Positions 28,687 to 36,485 of a DNA stretch of 64,000 nucleotides are shown piece by piece. This DNA is from an uncultured Mediterranea sp. (GTDB lineage Bacteria; Bacteroidota; Bacteroidia; Bacteroidales; Bacteroidaceae): positions 3,135 through 67,134 of the forward strand of contig CAMACX010000006.1 in assembly GCA_945831575.1 (NCBI GenBank), in the 5' to 3' direction. A program made the translations under genes and the position numbers. The notes under the pieces are model-generated. The model was not told where the DNA came from. It ran no database searches and worked only from the letters and a program-made list of their open reading frames with translations. The first letter of the stretch is position 1; the number at the start of each line of letters is the position of its first letter.

Positions 28687-29870
28687 TTAAAAAAAATCTT
28701 CTTACGAATCTCCTTGGGGAGGGCATCCTTGTGTACCATGATGTAGATGGTCTTGGCACGGACATAGCTGGTGGACATGTTGAGGTAGCCGCCAAAGCGG
28801 TTGCGGTCGGTGCCCCAGGAGTTCTTGGTGACGTAGTAGCGGGTGCCGTTCTGGTCGGTCACGATGCCGGTGATGTGCATCAGGTGGTCGTCGGTAGTGA
28901 CAAACTTCGCATAGCCCTCCTGGCGCACTTCAGGCGTCACCTCCACCTCGGGACAGGGGCGCTCGAAGCGGTAAGCCTCCTCCAGCATATCGCGCTGCTC
29001 CTGGCCGGAGAGCTGCTCAAAGCGCTCGCGGTCGGTGGTCGAGAGGTCGCTCGCCGAGCGCTTCTTCGGGTTGATGGCCACGCCGTTCTTGTGGCTGAAT
29101 CCGCGCTCGCTCACGTCGCCATCCCAACATACCGTGTAGCCGTGGGTCAAGGCATGGTCCATCACCTGCATCAGCTCGTCCAGCGGCAGGTTGTACATCA
29201 GCTGATGCTCCCAGTTGTCGGGCACCTCGGGAGCAAACTGCTGGTAGTAAGGCTTATGGGTGAAGCTGGTCAGCTCCACGTAGTCATCCATGTTGAGTCC
29301 CAGGCTGGCCGCAAAGCTCTGCGGCGTGTAGCTCTTGCCCTGGTAGGTAAAGTTCTCGGGCAAAGGGCCCAGATAGGTGTCCATCAGCGCATTCACCAAC
29401 TGATCATACTGCGGCGAGCGGGCCTTCAGCTTGACCGAGGCATCGGCCAGCGCCTTGACGTAGGTAGCCAGCTCCTGGTGGTCGTGACGCTCCGAAGCGT
29501 AATTGATGCCGTGATAGACCTCCTCCGGCACGATACCCACCTGCCTGAAGGCTTTCATCCAAGTGTGTGACAGGCTCCCCTGCCCCACGTTGCCCTGTCC
29601 GCGGCGGTAGTAGTTGTCCTCCATCTGGTTGAGGTACTTCTGACGCACGATGAAAATCTCCGAGAGGTCATACTCCCCCTTGCCCATGCGCAGCAGTTCC
29701 GACTCCATGAAGGAGGTGGTGGCGAAGCACCAGCAGGTGCCCGTAGCAGCTTGATTCTTCACAGGCGTGGCAGGCACAGAGGCCACGTCAGCAAACTGAT
29801 AGCCGCTCTCCTGAGCGACTGCGGCCGTTGCGCAAAGCAGCAAGGCCATCATTCCAGATCGTAGATTCAT
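28683..29870 (-). CDS. pepC: Aminopeptidase C / bleomycin-hydrolase-like C1 cysteine peptidase, secreted
   Basis: 395-aa ORF with the papain-type catalytic block QAATGTCWCFA and a signal peptide. Confidence 0.85.
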   Translation of the reverse strand: MNLRSGMMALLLCATAAVAQESGYQFADVASVPATPVKNQAATGTCWCFATTSFMESELLRMGKGEYDLSEIFIVRQKYLNQMEDNYYRRGQGNVGQGSLSHTWMKAFRQVGIVPEEVYHGINYASERHDHQELATYVKALADASVKLKARSPQYDQLVNALMDTYLGPLPENFTYQGKSYTPQSFAASLGLNMDDYVELTSFTHKPYYQQFAPEVPDNWEHQLMYNLPLDELMQVMDHALTHGYTVCWDGDVSERGFSHKNGVAINPKKRSASDLSTTDRERFEQLSGQEQRDMLEEAYRFERPCPEVEVTPEVRQEGYAKFVTTDDHLMHITGIVTDQNGTRYYVTKNSWGTDRNRFGGYLNMSTSYVRAKTIYIMVHKDALPKEIRKKIFFK

Positions 29871-29937
29871 AGTTACTTAGCTTTATTTTATAAATATACA
29901 TTTAGTTGATTACACTCTTTTCGACCCTTTTCAGCCT

Positions 29938-29945
29938 CAAAAATA
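29938..29945 (-). promoter_or_regulatory. -7 box TAttTTTG (minus strand) upstream of pepC
   Basis: The plus strand reads CAAAAATA, 68 nt upstream of the ATG at 29870. Confidence 0.35.
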
Positions 29946-30004
29946 GGTTGTTTTTTCGAGCCGTGCAAGCATTTTGGAGGGAAAAAGAAGGGCTACGGGA
30001 AGAT

Positions 30005-31300
30005 TTACTTCAGCTTCATCACGTCGCACCAGCGGGTGGTGGGATTGGGGCTGCGATGGTCGTGCCTGATGGCATCGGCAAAGACACCGGCCTTGCCTTC
30101 GCCGCCCTGGGGCGTGTATTGCTGCGAGCCGAGCACCAGCGTCTCCGTGCCGTAGAGGCGGTTGATGCGGTCCATCGCCTGGTCGAGCCGCTGGAGCCGC
30201 TCGTACTGCCCGGGCTGGAGGTCGAAGAGGTCGTGCTGTATCGGCGTGTCGCCCTGGATGCCCATCACGATGACCCCCGCCTTCTTGTACTGATACCCCG
30301 GGCGGAAGATGCGCTGCAAGGCCCTCTGCGCGGCCTGTACGATGGTGAGCGTGGCGTTGGAGGGCGTGACGAGCTGCTCCTCCTCAAAGCTCCAGTACTG
30401 CCCCAGGTCCTCGCGGAAGGGGTTGGTGTGGATGAATACCCCCACGACCTGGGCCACCGTGTGCTGCGCCCGGAGCTTCTCCGCACAGCGTGCCGCGAAG
30501 TTGGCCACATGGGTGGTGAGTCCCTGCAGGTCAGGCACCATGGAGGCAAAGCTGCGGCTCGTGCAGATGCTCTTCTTCTGGGCATACTCCTCGTTGGGCA
30601 CACAGTCTTGACCGTTGAGCTCCGCCCAGGTGCGGTAGATGACCACGTTGCCCAGGGCCGTGCGGACAAAGTCGCCGTGCAGCTGGGCAAAGTCGTAGGC
30701 CGTCTTCACCCCGTAGCCGGCCAGACGTGCCGCATAGCGCCGGCCCACGCCCCACACCTCCTCCACGGGGTATTGCTGCAGCGCCTTGATGCGCTTCTCC
30801 TCCGTGTCGATGAGGCAGCAGTGGTGGTAGCCCGGGTAGCGCTTGGCGTAGTGGCTCGCCACCTTCGCCAACGTCTTACTGGGTGCCAGGCCGATGCTCA
30901 CGGGCATCCCCACCCAGCGCTTGACCTTGCGGTGGAGCGCCTCGCCCCAAGCCTTGAGGTCAATGCCCTCCACGCCCTGGAAATAGACAAAACACTCGTC
31001 GATGGAGTAGCGGAAATAGGCCGGTGCCTCAGCGCGGATGATGGAGACCACGCGCCCCGTCAGTTCGCCGTAAAGCTCATAGTTGGAGGAGAAGATGGCC
31101 ATCTTCGCTCCCGGGAAGAGCTGCCTGAGCTGGTACAGGGGCGTGCCCGCCTTGATGCCCATGGCCTTGGCCTCGTTGCTGCGTGCCACCACACAGCCGT
31201 CATTGTTGGAGAGCACCACCACAGGCACCCCCTCCAGGTCGGGGCGGAACACGCGTTCGCACGATACGTAGCAGTTGTCACAGTCGATGATGCCGTACAT
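30005..31300 (-). CDS. umuC: Y-family translesion DNA polymerase (UmuC / Pol V catalytic subunit)
   Basis: 431-aa ORF. N-terminus [15 protein letters not shown] and [11 protein letters not shown] are typical of UmuC. Confidence 0.9.
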   Translation of the reverse strand: MYGIIDCDNCYVSCERVFRPDLEGVPVVVLSNNDGCVVARSNEAKAMGIKAGTPLYQLRQLFPGAKMAIFSSNYELYGELTGRVVSIIRAEAPAYFRYSIDECFVYFQGVEGIDLKAWGEALHRKVKRWVGMPVSIGLAPSKTLAKVASHYAKRYPGYHHCCLIDTEEKRIKALQQYPVEEVWGVGRRYAARLAGYGVKTAYDFAQLHGDFVRTALGNVVIYRTWAELNGQDCVPNEEYAQKKSICTSRSFASMVPDLQGLTTHVANFAARCAEKLRAQHTVAQVVGVFIHTNPFREDLGQYWSFEEEQLVTPSNATLTIVQAAQRALQRIFRPGYQYKKAGVIVMGIQGDTPIQHDLFDLQPGQYERLQRLDQAMDRINRLYGTETLVLGSQQYTPQGGEGKAGVFADAIRHDHRSPNPTTRWCDVMKLK

Positions 31301-31324
31301 AGTCTCTATATATTTGATGGAATA

Positions 31325-31384
31325 GGATTACAGATCGGGTTACAGATCGGGTTACAAATCGGGTTACAGACAGGGTCGCAACAG
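31325..31384. repeat. Five 12-bp tandem units GGGTTACAGATC in the umuD-umuC spacer
   Basis: Units at 31325, 31337, 31349, 31361 and 31373 (the last is diverged). The first two units contain GATC. Confidence 0.9.
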
Positions 31385-31391
31385 CGCCGAA

Positions 31392-31829
31392 TCAGCACTT
31401 CTCAAACGTGCGGATAAGGTGAATCACCACGCCCCACACCTCAAACTGGCTCCCCTCCTCCACCTTGAAGACGGGATAGTCAGGGTTGGCCGGTCGCAGC
31501 TCGATGTACCCCTCGCGCCGGTGCGTCAGGTCGAGGTACTTCATGGTAAACTCGCCGTTCCAGAAGGCCACGACGATGGAGCCATCATGAGGCTCCACGG
31601 CGCGATCTATGATGACGCGGTCGCCGTCCAGGATGCCCGCATTCTTCATCGAGTCGCCCTCCACGTCGCCGTAGAAGGAGGCCTCGGGGTGGCGGATATA
31701 GTCCCTGTTGAAGTCGAGCGTCTCGTGGCGGTAGTCATCCGCCGGCGAGGGGAATCCCGCCACCACCGATGCATGTTCCAGTTCCAACTGCGTGTCAAAC
31801 ACGCCTTTACGAATCTTTATATTGCCCAT
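31392..31829 (-). CDS. umuD: UmuD / LexA-like S24 self-cleaving peptidase
   Basis: 145-aa ORF. AGFPSPA cleavage-region motif, GDSM serine block, and K in FTMKYL. Confidence 0.9.
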   Translation of the reverse strand: MGNIKIRKGVFDTQLELEHASVVAGFPSPADDYRHETLDFNRDYIRHPEASFYGDVEGDSMKNAGILDGDRVIIDRAVEPHDGSIVVAFWNGEFTMKYLDLTHRREGYIELRPANPDYPVFKVEEGSQFEVWGVVIHLIRTFEKC

Positions 31830-32076
31830 TGCCGTATGATATTACCGTATGTTGATATTATGCCGTCAGGCGGTTAAGCCATGTCGTTCACGCCCCAAAT
31901 CAGGCCGTTCACGCCTGCAAAGATGCGAAAAATATTCCAAACAACAAAACTGAAAGGGTAAATCACCTTGCACCTGCAGCCTCTATGTCAGAGGGCCGAT
32001 ACATCGTGTCGGCAAGCTGACGGACGGTATCGGGTTCATCCGACATTTGGAGCAATACCAATTGAAATATCTTCTC

Positions 32077-32282
32077 AGGCTGAAAGCCCAAACATCTTCA
32101 AATCAGCAAGCATACGGGCTGAAAGCCCAGCAAACTCCCAGCTCGAAAGCCTACAGGCTGAAAGCCCTGCAAGCTCCCAGCCTAGGGCAACGCCCTAGGT
32201 CTAAGAAGCATATACCATCCTACGCCCTGAAAAGGGCAAAAGCATTTAGCTCAGGGCAACGCCCTGGGCCCTAGACGAGGGC
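32077..32282. repeat. Array of about 8 short GC-rich stem-loops with A-rich loops (GGCTGAAAGCC x3, CCTAGGGCAACGCCCTAGG, GCCCTGAAAAGGGC, CAGGGCAACGCCCTG)
   Basis: Direct reading. Partly a 39-40-bp tandem repeat. Confidence 0.8.
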
Positions 32283-32456
32283 GTGAATAAAACATATAAT
32301 ATTTCAAGAACTATGGGAATACCAACAAACCTTGGCTATATTCAATCTAAAGCCAATATCAAAAGACCTAAAAAATCAATACGGAATTTCAGCGGCATAA
32401 AATTTTTCAATGTGGTGATAAGTTCCCGAATGCTTGTTTAGGTCGAAATAAATGAT

Positions 32457-32464
32457 TACCTTTG
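32457..32464 (+). promoter_or_regulatory. -7 box TAccTTTG inside the IS left end, driving the transposase
   Basis: Exact match 23 nt before the ATG at 32488. Confidence 0.45.
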
Positions 32465-32487
32465 CATTCGAATTCAAATTATCACCT

Positions 32488-33540
32488 ATGCTATTAAACC
32501 AATTCCATAAGAGGTTCCCTGATGAGGAAAGCTGTATTTCTTATTTCAAAGATATACGTGAGCAGAGTCTTCCCAAGTGTCCGAAATGTGGGCACGACGT
32601 ATATTCATGGATACCCAAAAAGGAGGCATTTGAGTGCAAGAAATGTCGCCATAGAATACCCCTGACAAAGGATACAGTGATGGAGCATAGTAAACTACCA
32701 TTGCGTACATGGTTTTATACGATGCACCTCATAACATCCATTAAACAGGTTCTCTCCGCAAAAGAGGTTCAATACCAACTTGGAATGGAACAATATCCAC
32801 CAGTCTGGTTGATGATGATGAAGCTTAGGAGTATCATGGGCAAACGAGAAGAAATGTACCTGCTTAACGGCAAGATAGAACTTGACGAGGCATTCTTCCC
32901 CACTCGTGTTGAAGAGACCGAAAAGGGTAAGCCGCTAAGACGTGGAGCAGGAAGCCAAAGGCAGACAAAGGTCCTTGTAATCGTTGAGAGTAAGGAAGTT
33001 GACGAGATTTTGAAGGAGTATCTTGAGAAGGTCCAGATAGACAAAACAGCTGCACTTGAGAAGAAGACTAAGGGCAGGAAAACCAGAAAGACAGTTCGAT
33101 ACATAAAGATGTTTGTTATTGAGAATATGGAGGCATCAACAATTGATCAAGTCTTGGCCAAGTCTGTTGACAAGAACGCCGTAATAGTGACTGACGGTCA
33201 TGCATCACATTCGCACATCAAAGAAAACTTTGCTGGTCACATTCCTGTCGTGGAGTACAATCCAGAAAAAGTGGTAAAGAACAACCTCCCCTGGGTTCAT
33301 ATAGTAATAGGTGAGTGCAGAAATGGCATCGCTGCAATCCACAAAAAGATTGACAGTCGATTCTTACAATTGTACCTGAATGAGTATTGCTGGAAGTTTA
33401 ATCGTCGATTCTTTAGGGACTCATCAGACCCGAAGTATGACCTGTTCGACAGATTGGTGAAGATTGCTGCCATCTATACCTCCGATATTAAGTGGAGGGA
33501 CTATCCCAATGCAGAGAAAGATGACGATGAAGTCCTCTAA
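32488..33540 (+). CDS. IS1595-family (ISXO2-like) DDE transposase with an N-terminal zinc ribbon
   Basis: CPKCGH...CKKCRH zinc-ribbon motif followed by a DDE-type domain. The track start of 32452 precedes the promoter box, so the start is moved to MLLNQF. Confidence 0.8.
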   Translation: MLLNQFHKRFPDEESCISYFKDIREQSLPKCPKCGHDVYSWIPKKEAFECKKCRHRIPLTKDTVMEHSKLPLRTWFYTMHLITSIKQVLSAKEVQYQLGMEQYPPVWLMMMKLRSIMGKREEMYLLNGKIELDEAFFPTRVEETEKGKPLRRGAGSQRQTKVLVIVESKEVDEILKEYLEKVQIDKTAALEKKTKGRKTRKTVRYIKMFVIENMEASTIDQVLAKSVDKNAVIVTDGHASHSHIKENFAGHIPVVEYNPEKVVKNNLPWVHIVIGECRNGIAAIHKKIDSRFLQLYLNEYCWKFNRRFFRDSSDPKYDLFDRLVKIAAIYTSDIKWRDYPNAEKDDDEVL

Positions 33541-33622
33541 ATCGGGGGCGGGAACTTATCACCACATTGAATAAAATTTTGCTTAAAGACATTATTGTAG
33601 CTATAGTCTAATCGCTGAATAG

Positions 33623-33949
33623 CTATGATTCGGGGACGAAGCGCATGCGCACGCCGGCAAACATCTTGCTCGTTACCTTGTCGGGGGAGTCAACGGCCTT
33701 GTTGCCCGGCCCCGTGTAGCCTGCGAGGCGGAAGGAGCCGAGTCCGTCGAGCTTGACGCTGCGTCCGGCGGCGAGGTAGTCGGCCATCACTTCGCCGAGC
33801 ATGGAGAGCACGGCGCGTGCGTCGGCCTCGCTGACGGTGGAGATCTGGGCTAACTTCTTGGCGATGGTCTTGGTACTTACAGGCTTGCCCTGCGTTACGC
33901 TTCTCGGGTACCACTTTCCTTGTGGGTTCTTCGACTTGATGTAGTACAT
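33623..33949 (-). CDS. HU-family (Bacteroidota HU-like) DNA-binding protein
   Basis: 108-aa ORF. IAKKLAQISTVSEADARAVL...VKLDGLGSFRL matches the HU/IHF fold pattern. Confidence 0.7.
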   Translation of the reverse strand: MYYIKSKNPQGKWYPRSVTQGKPVSTKTIAKKLAQISTVSEADARAVLSMLGEVMADYLAAGRSVKLDGLGSFRLAGYTGPGNKAVDSPDKVTSKMFAGVRMRFVPES

Positions 33950-34084
33950 AAGTTGAAATGGTTTTGAGGTTTGTGCATCCGGACGGGTTTCGTATGGCGT
34001 TCGTAATATAGCCGGATGCTTTGTATATTACGAAGCCTTGGTTTGTACAGTACTGTCGTAGGGACGATAATAGTTTGACGGTTG

Positions 34085-34915
34085 TTAACTTTTGGGGTCG
34101 TAGGGGGCTATCTCTGTCGGGATGAGTTCCTTGGCTAAGGCTGCTGCCCGCTCTGCTGCGACCCGCTCGGCTGCGACCCGATCTGCTTCGGCCTGCTGGG
34201 CTGCTGCCCGATCTGCTGCGGCCCTCCGGGCTGCGGCCTGCTCGGTGAGGAGGAGGGCTGACCCGAAGAGGTCTATGCCTGCTGCGCGGCGTATGTAGGT
34301 GCATTCTGAGGCGGAGATGCGCAGGTCCACTCCTCGCACGGCAATCCTGCTCACGGTGGCCGAGGAGATGAGGTGGTCTGGCCAACGGTACTTCGCCTTG
34401 GCCCCGTTCTTCTTGCACTTGTAGAGGTCGCGGCGCACGGTGCGGATGTAGTCGTCGGCGGCCTGCTGCACGGCCTCGCGCAGCGCTGGTGCGGTCCAGA
34501 GGCGCACGCCGGGCAGCAGGTTGGTGGTGAAGGAGGTGCGCACCTTGGCCCCGTTCTCGTAGATGATGTCGCACACGGTGGTGAGGTAGCACACGTCGGT
34601 GCCGGGCACCATCTGCGTGAGTCCCGGGGCGAAGAGCAGGAAGTCGATGCCCCTGTCGAGGTAGAAGCGCACGATCCTGGAGTAGATGCTGAACGGCGGG
34701 TTGTCGATGACCACGCAGCCCTCGGGGTAGTCGTAGCGCTCGTAGTCGCCTCCGGGGTAGAAGGGTCGCACGATGGTGCGCCCCTCCAGGTGCAGCTCGC
34801 TCGCGGCCCACTGGAGCAGGGCCTCATAGACGGGCTGCGGGGTGTAGCAGTCGTCGGTGGTGCGCTTGATGGCGAATTTCTCGATGAATTGTTCGTAGGT
34901 TTCTCCTTTGGCCAT
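34085..34915 (-). CDS. Putative N6-adenine DNA methyltransferase (orphan) with an Ala/Arg-rich pentapeptide-repeat tail
   Basis: 276-aa ORF. DCYTPQPV (motif X-like) and VIDNPPF (motif IV NPPF). The C-terminal seven 15-bp repeats (34151-34255) encode xRAAA units. Confidence 0.6.
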   Translation of the reverse strand: MAKGETYEQFIEKFAIKRTTDDCYTPQPVYEALLQWAASELHLEGRTIVRPFYPGGDYERYDYPEGCVVIDNPPFSIYSRIVRFYLDRGIDFLLFAPGLTQMVPGTDVCYLTTVCDIIYENGAKVRTSFTTNLLPGVRLWTAPALREAVQQAADDYIRTVRRDLYKCKKNGAKAKYRWPDHLISSATVSRIAVRGVDLRISASECTYIRRAAGIDLFGSALLLTEQAAARRAAADRAAAQQAEADRVAAERVAAERAAALAKELIPTEIAPYDPKS

Positions 34916-34935
34916 TTTGGGTAGCGATTAAGGGG

Positions 34936-35256
34936 TTAGTGATTATGGAGTATTTCGGAGCCGTTGTCGGTCCGATGCTCGCTGATGAATCCGGTCAGCT
35001 TCAGGTAGCTTTTGCCTTTGCGCCTGAATGCGAGCTTGAGGAATTCCCAGCATAGCCGTAAGCAGGTGCTTTTGTCGAGGACCTCATTCAGCACGGCCGG
35101 CTTGTCCATGAGGTAGCCGTGGAGCCTGCCCGTATCAATACGATCCGTCCAGATCTCATCTGGAGGAACGTCACGGTTTAATTCAGAGCAGAGTGAGAGC
35201 ATTAAGGTCTGCACCTTCCATGCCTTAATTTTTTCTTCGAGTTCTTTTTTATCCAT
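34936..35256 (-). CDS. Hypothetical 106-aa protein; candidate immunity partner of the upstream MuF-fusion protein
   Basis: AT-rich ORF immediately downstream of, and co-oriented with, the MuF gene. No motif recognised. Confidence 0.5.
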   Translation of the reverse strand: MDKKELEEKIKAWKVQTLMLSLCSELNRDVPPDEIWTDRIDTGRLHGYLMDKPAVLNEVLDKSTCLRLCWEFLKLAFRRKGKSYLKLTGFISEHRTDNGSEILHNH

Positions 35257-35283
35257 TTTGTTTGGTATTTAAATTAATGTTTG

Positions 35284-35291
35284 TACCTTTG
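35284..35291 (+). promoter_or_regulatory. Orphan -7 box TAccTTTG pointing antisense into the 3' end of the MuF gene
   Basis: Exact TAnnTTTG match on the plus strand, with no plus-strand ORF downstream. Confidence 0.35.
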
Positions 35292-35299
35292 CGGCATGT

Positions 35300-35358
35300 A
35301 AAGCACTGAGGGAATGGCTACCTGACAAAAGAGATCTAACTGCCGCCCTTGGTGCTTT
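35300..35358 (+). ncRNA. Candidate antisense small RNA 5' stem-loop. Alternatively an intercistronic hairpin of the minus-strand operon.
   Basis: 13-bp stem AAAGCACUGAGGG / CCCUUGGUGCUUU (two G-U pairs) with a 33-nt loop. It starts about 9 nt after the promoter box and overlaps the MuF stop codon. Confidence 0.3.
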
Positions 35359-36373
35359 ATCTTATACTGTCTGTGACGGAATACAAATAGTATGTAATTC
35401 TTATCTGTCCGTTTCGGTTTTCCTCCTCCTTCGCTACATTTAAATAAACTGTATTAGAACGCAGCCTTACACTGTAATAGTAGAAATGTGTAATGTTATC
35501 ATTTCTTTCATGCGAAAGCTGAGCATCATCCTCGTAAGATGACCGTTTCAACAAGTCGCCAAGATTTCTTAAATCTTCCTTTTGTAGTACTGCGCTCCTT
35601 CCGTATGTGTCTGAATAGAGGTGCTTATTCCCGTATTTGGTAAATCCCACTTTAATGTAGCCATCCGGAATAGGTTTCTCATGCTTAACCCTGAGCAATG
35701 GAGCCATCTCCTTATCTACGTAGTGCTTCCGCTGTATGGCCGATTGGCTCTTCTCCAGATCACCAGCACACTCCCTAAAGAATCGGCACGCTTCGCAGAG
35801 CTGGGTGTTTGCTATGCCTTCGGAGGCTAGGTTGGCCTTGCCGTCACCTTTGGCGGTGGGGCAGGTGCGGCACTGACGGATGGTGTAGGGGTTGTAGTCG
35901 GGGACGGCCTTCTGCTGCTTGCCTGAGTTGAAGCGGAACATGTCGTACTGACCTATCGCGAGCTGGCCGAGGCGCATGGCTTCGTCATGGTCCGTCGTGG
36001 GGTACTTGGACTTGCGCACCTGCACTACGGAACAGCGGCAGTTCCATCCATTCGGAACATAGTACTCCTCCCAGAAGGGGTCGTCCATGGGGAGGGTGAC
36101 GCCATCGAGGGCGGCGTGCTCGGGACGGACGCGGTCGTCGCCGGCGGTGCGGTACTGGAGGTTGTAGCGGTCGCCGTCCTCTGCGTACAGCTCCCACTTG
36201 GCGGCCATGGAGGCGGAGGCGTGGATGAAGTTGTACTCGGAGCGGAGGTAGTTGGCGTTGTAGGTCTCATCGACCGCACGGACATCGTTCAGAAAGCGTT
36301 CGAACGGTTTTCGGTTGCCGTCCGGGTCAAGCAGCGAGGGGAAGGACTCGTTCAGCTCGTGGAAGGCCTTCAT
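35357..36373 (-). CDS. Phage MuF / SPP1 gp7-family head-morphogenesis domain protein fused to an unrelated AT-rich C-terminal module (candidate toxin domain)
   Basis: MuF core DDRVRPEHAALDG...PNGWNCRCSV. CxxC...CxxC linker (CRTCPT, CEACRF). GC drops sharply below about 35830. Confidence 0.75.
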   Translation of the reverse strand: MKAFHELNESFPSLLDPDGNRKPFERFLNDVRAVDETYNANYLRSEYNFIHASASMAAKWELYAEDGDRYNLQYRTAGDDRVRPEHAALDGVTLPMDDPFWEEYYVPNGWNCRCSVVQVRKSKYPTTDHDEAMRLGQLAIGQYDMFRFNSGKQQKAVPDYNPYTIRQCRTCPTAKGDGKANLASEGIANTQLCEACRFFRECAGDLEKSQSAIQRKHYVDKEMAPLLRVKHEKPIPDGYIKVGFTKYGNKHLYSDTYGRSAVLQKEDLRNLGDLLKRSSYEDDAQLSHERNDNITHFYYYSVRLRSNTVYLNVAKEEENRNGQIRITYYLYSVTDSIR

Positions 36374-36434
36374 GCCGGAGAATAGTCATGCTGGTATCGG
36401 CATTTATCTCAATTTATCTCCCTCACTATCTCCA

Positions 36435-36485
36435 TTTATCTCCTGCCTCATATTATCTCCTGCCTCATGTTATCTCCCGCCTCAT
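36435..36485. repeat. Three 17-bp tandem units WTTATCTCCYGCCTCAT ending on the ATG of the tail-chaperone ORF
   Basis: Units at 36435, 36452 and 36469. Looser TTATCTC copies run from 36402. Confidence 0.85.

Larger units (their letters stand above)
32407..33570 (+). mobile_element. Intact IS1595-family insertion sequence (1164 bp)
   Basis: Perfect 22-bp terminal inverted repeats TCAATGTGGTGATAAGTTCCCG (32407-32428 and 33549-33570). Flanked by identical direct repeats ATAAAATTTT (32397-32406 and 33571-33580). Single transposase ORF with low GC. Confidence 0.85.

Noticed and set aside
31968-32274. Two overlapping plus-strand ORFs (76 and 75 aa) lie in the GC-rich hairpin cluster.
   Set aside because: They simply translate the tandem stem-loop repeats (…LKAQ…SLQAESP…). 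They have no promoter box or start context, and the repeat structure explains the open frames.
33690-34811. A 373-aa ORF (and 34351..34827, 34373..34924) overlaps the methyltransferase and HU-like genes.
   Set aside because: The translation is Arg/Pro/Ala/Gly-rich and low-complexity. It is an alternative frame of a GC-rich region whose other frame carries DCYTP and NPPF methyltransferase motifs.
36388-36483. Longer start (36388) for the G-like ORF as listed in the ORF track.
   Set aside because: The extra 32 codons translate the TTATCTC tandem repeats (…ISIYLPHYLHLSPASYYLLPHV…). The ATG at 36484 is the first start outside the repeat. The gene may in any case be a 5'-truncated remnant.
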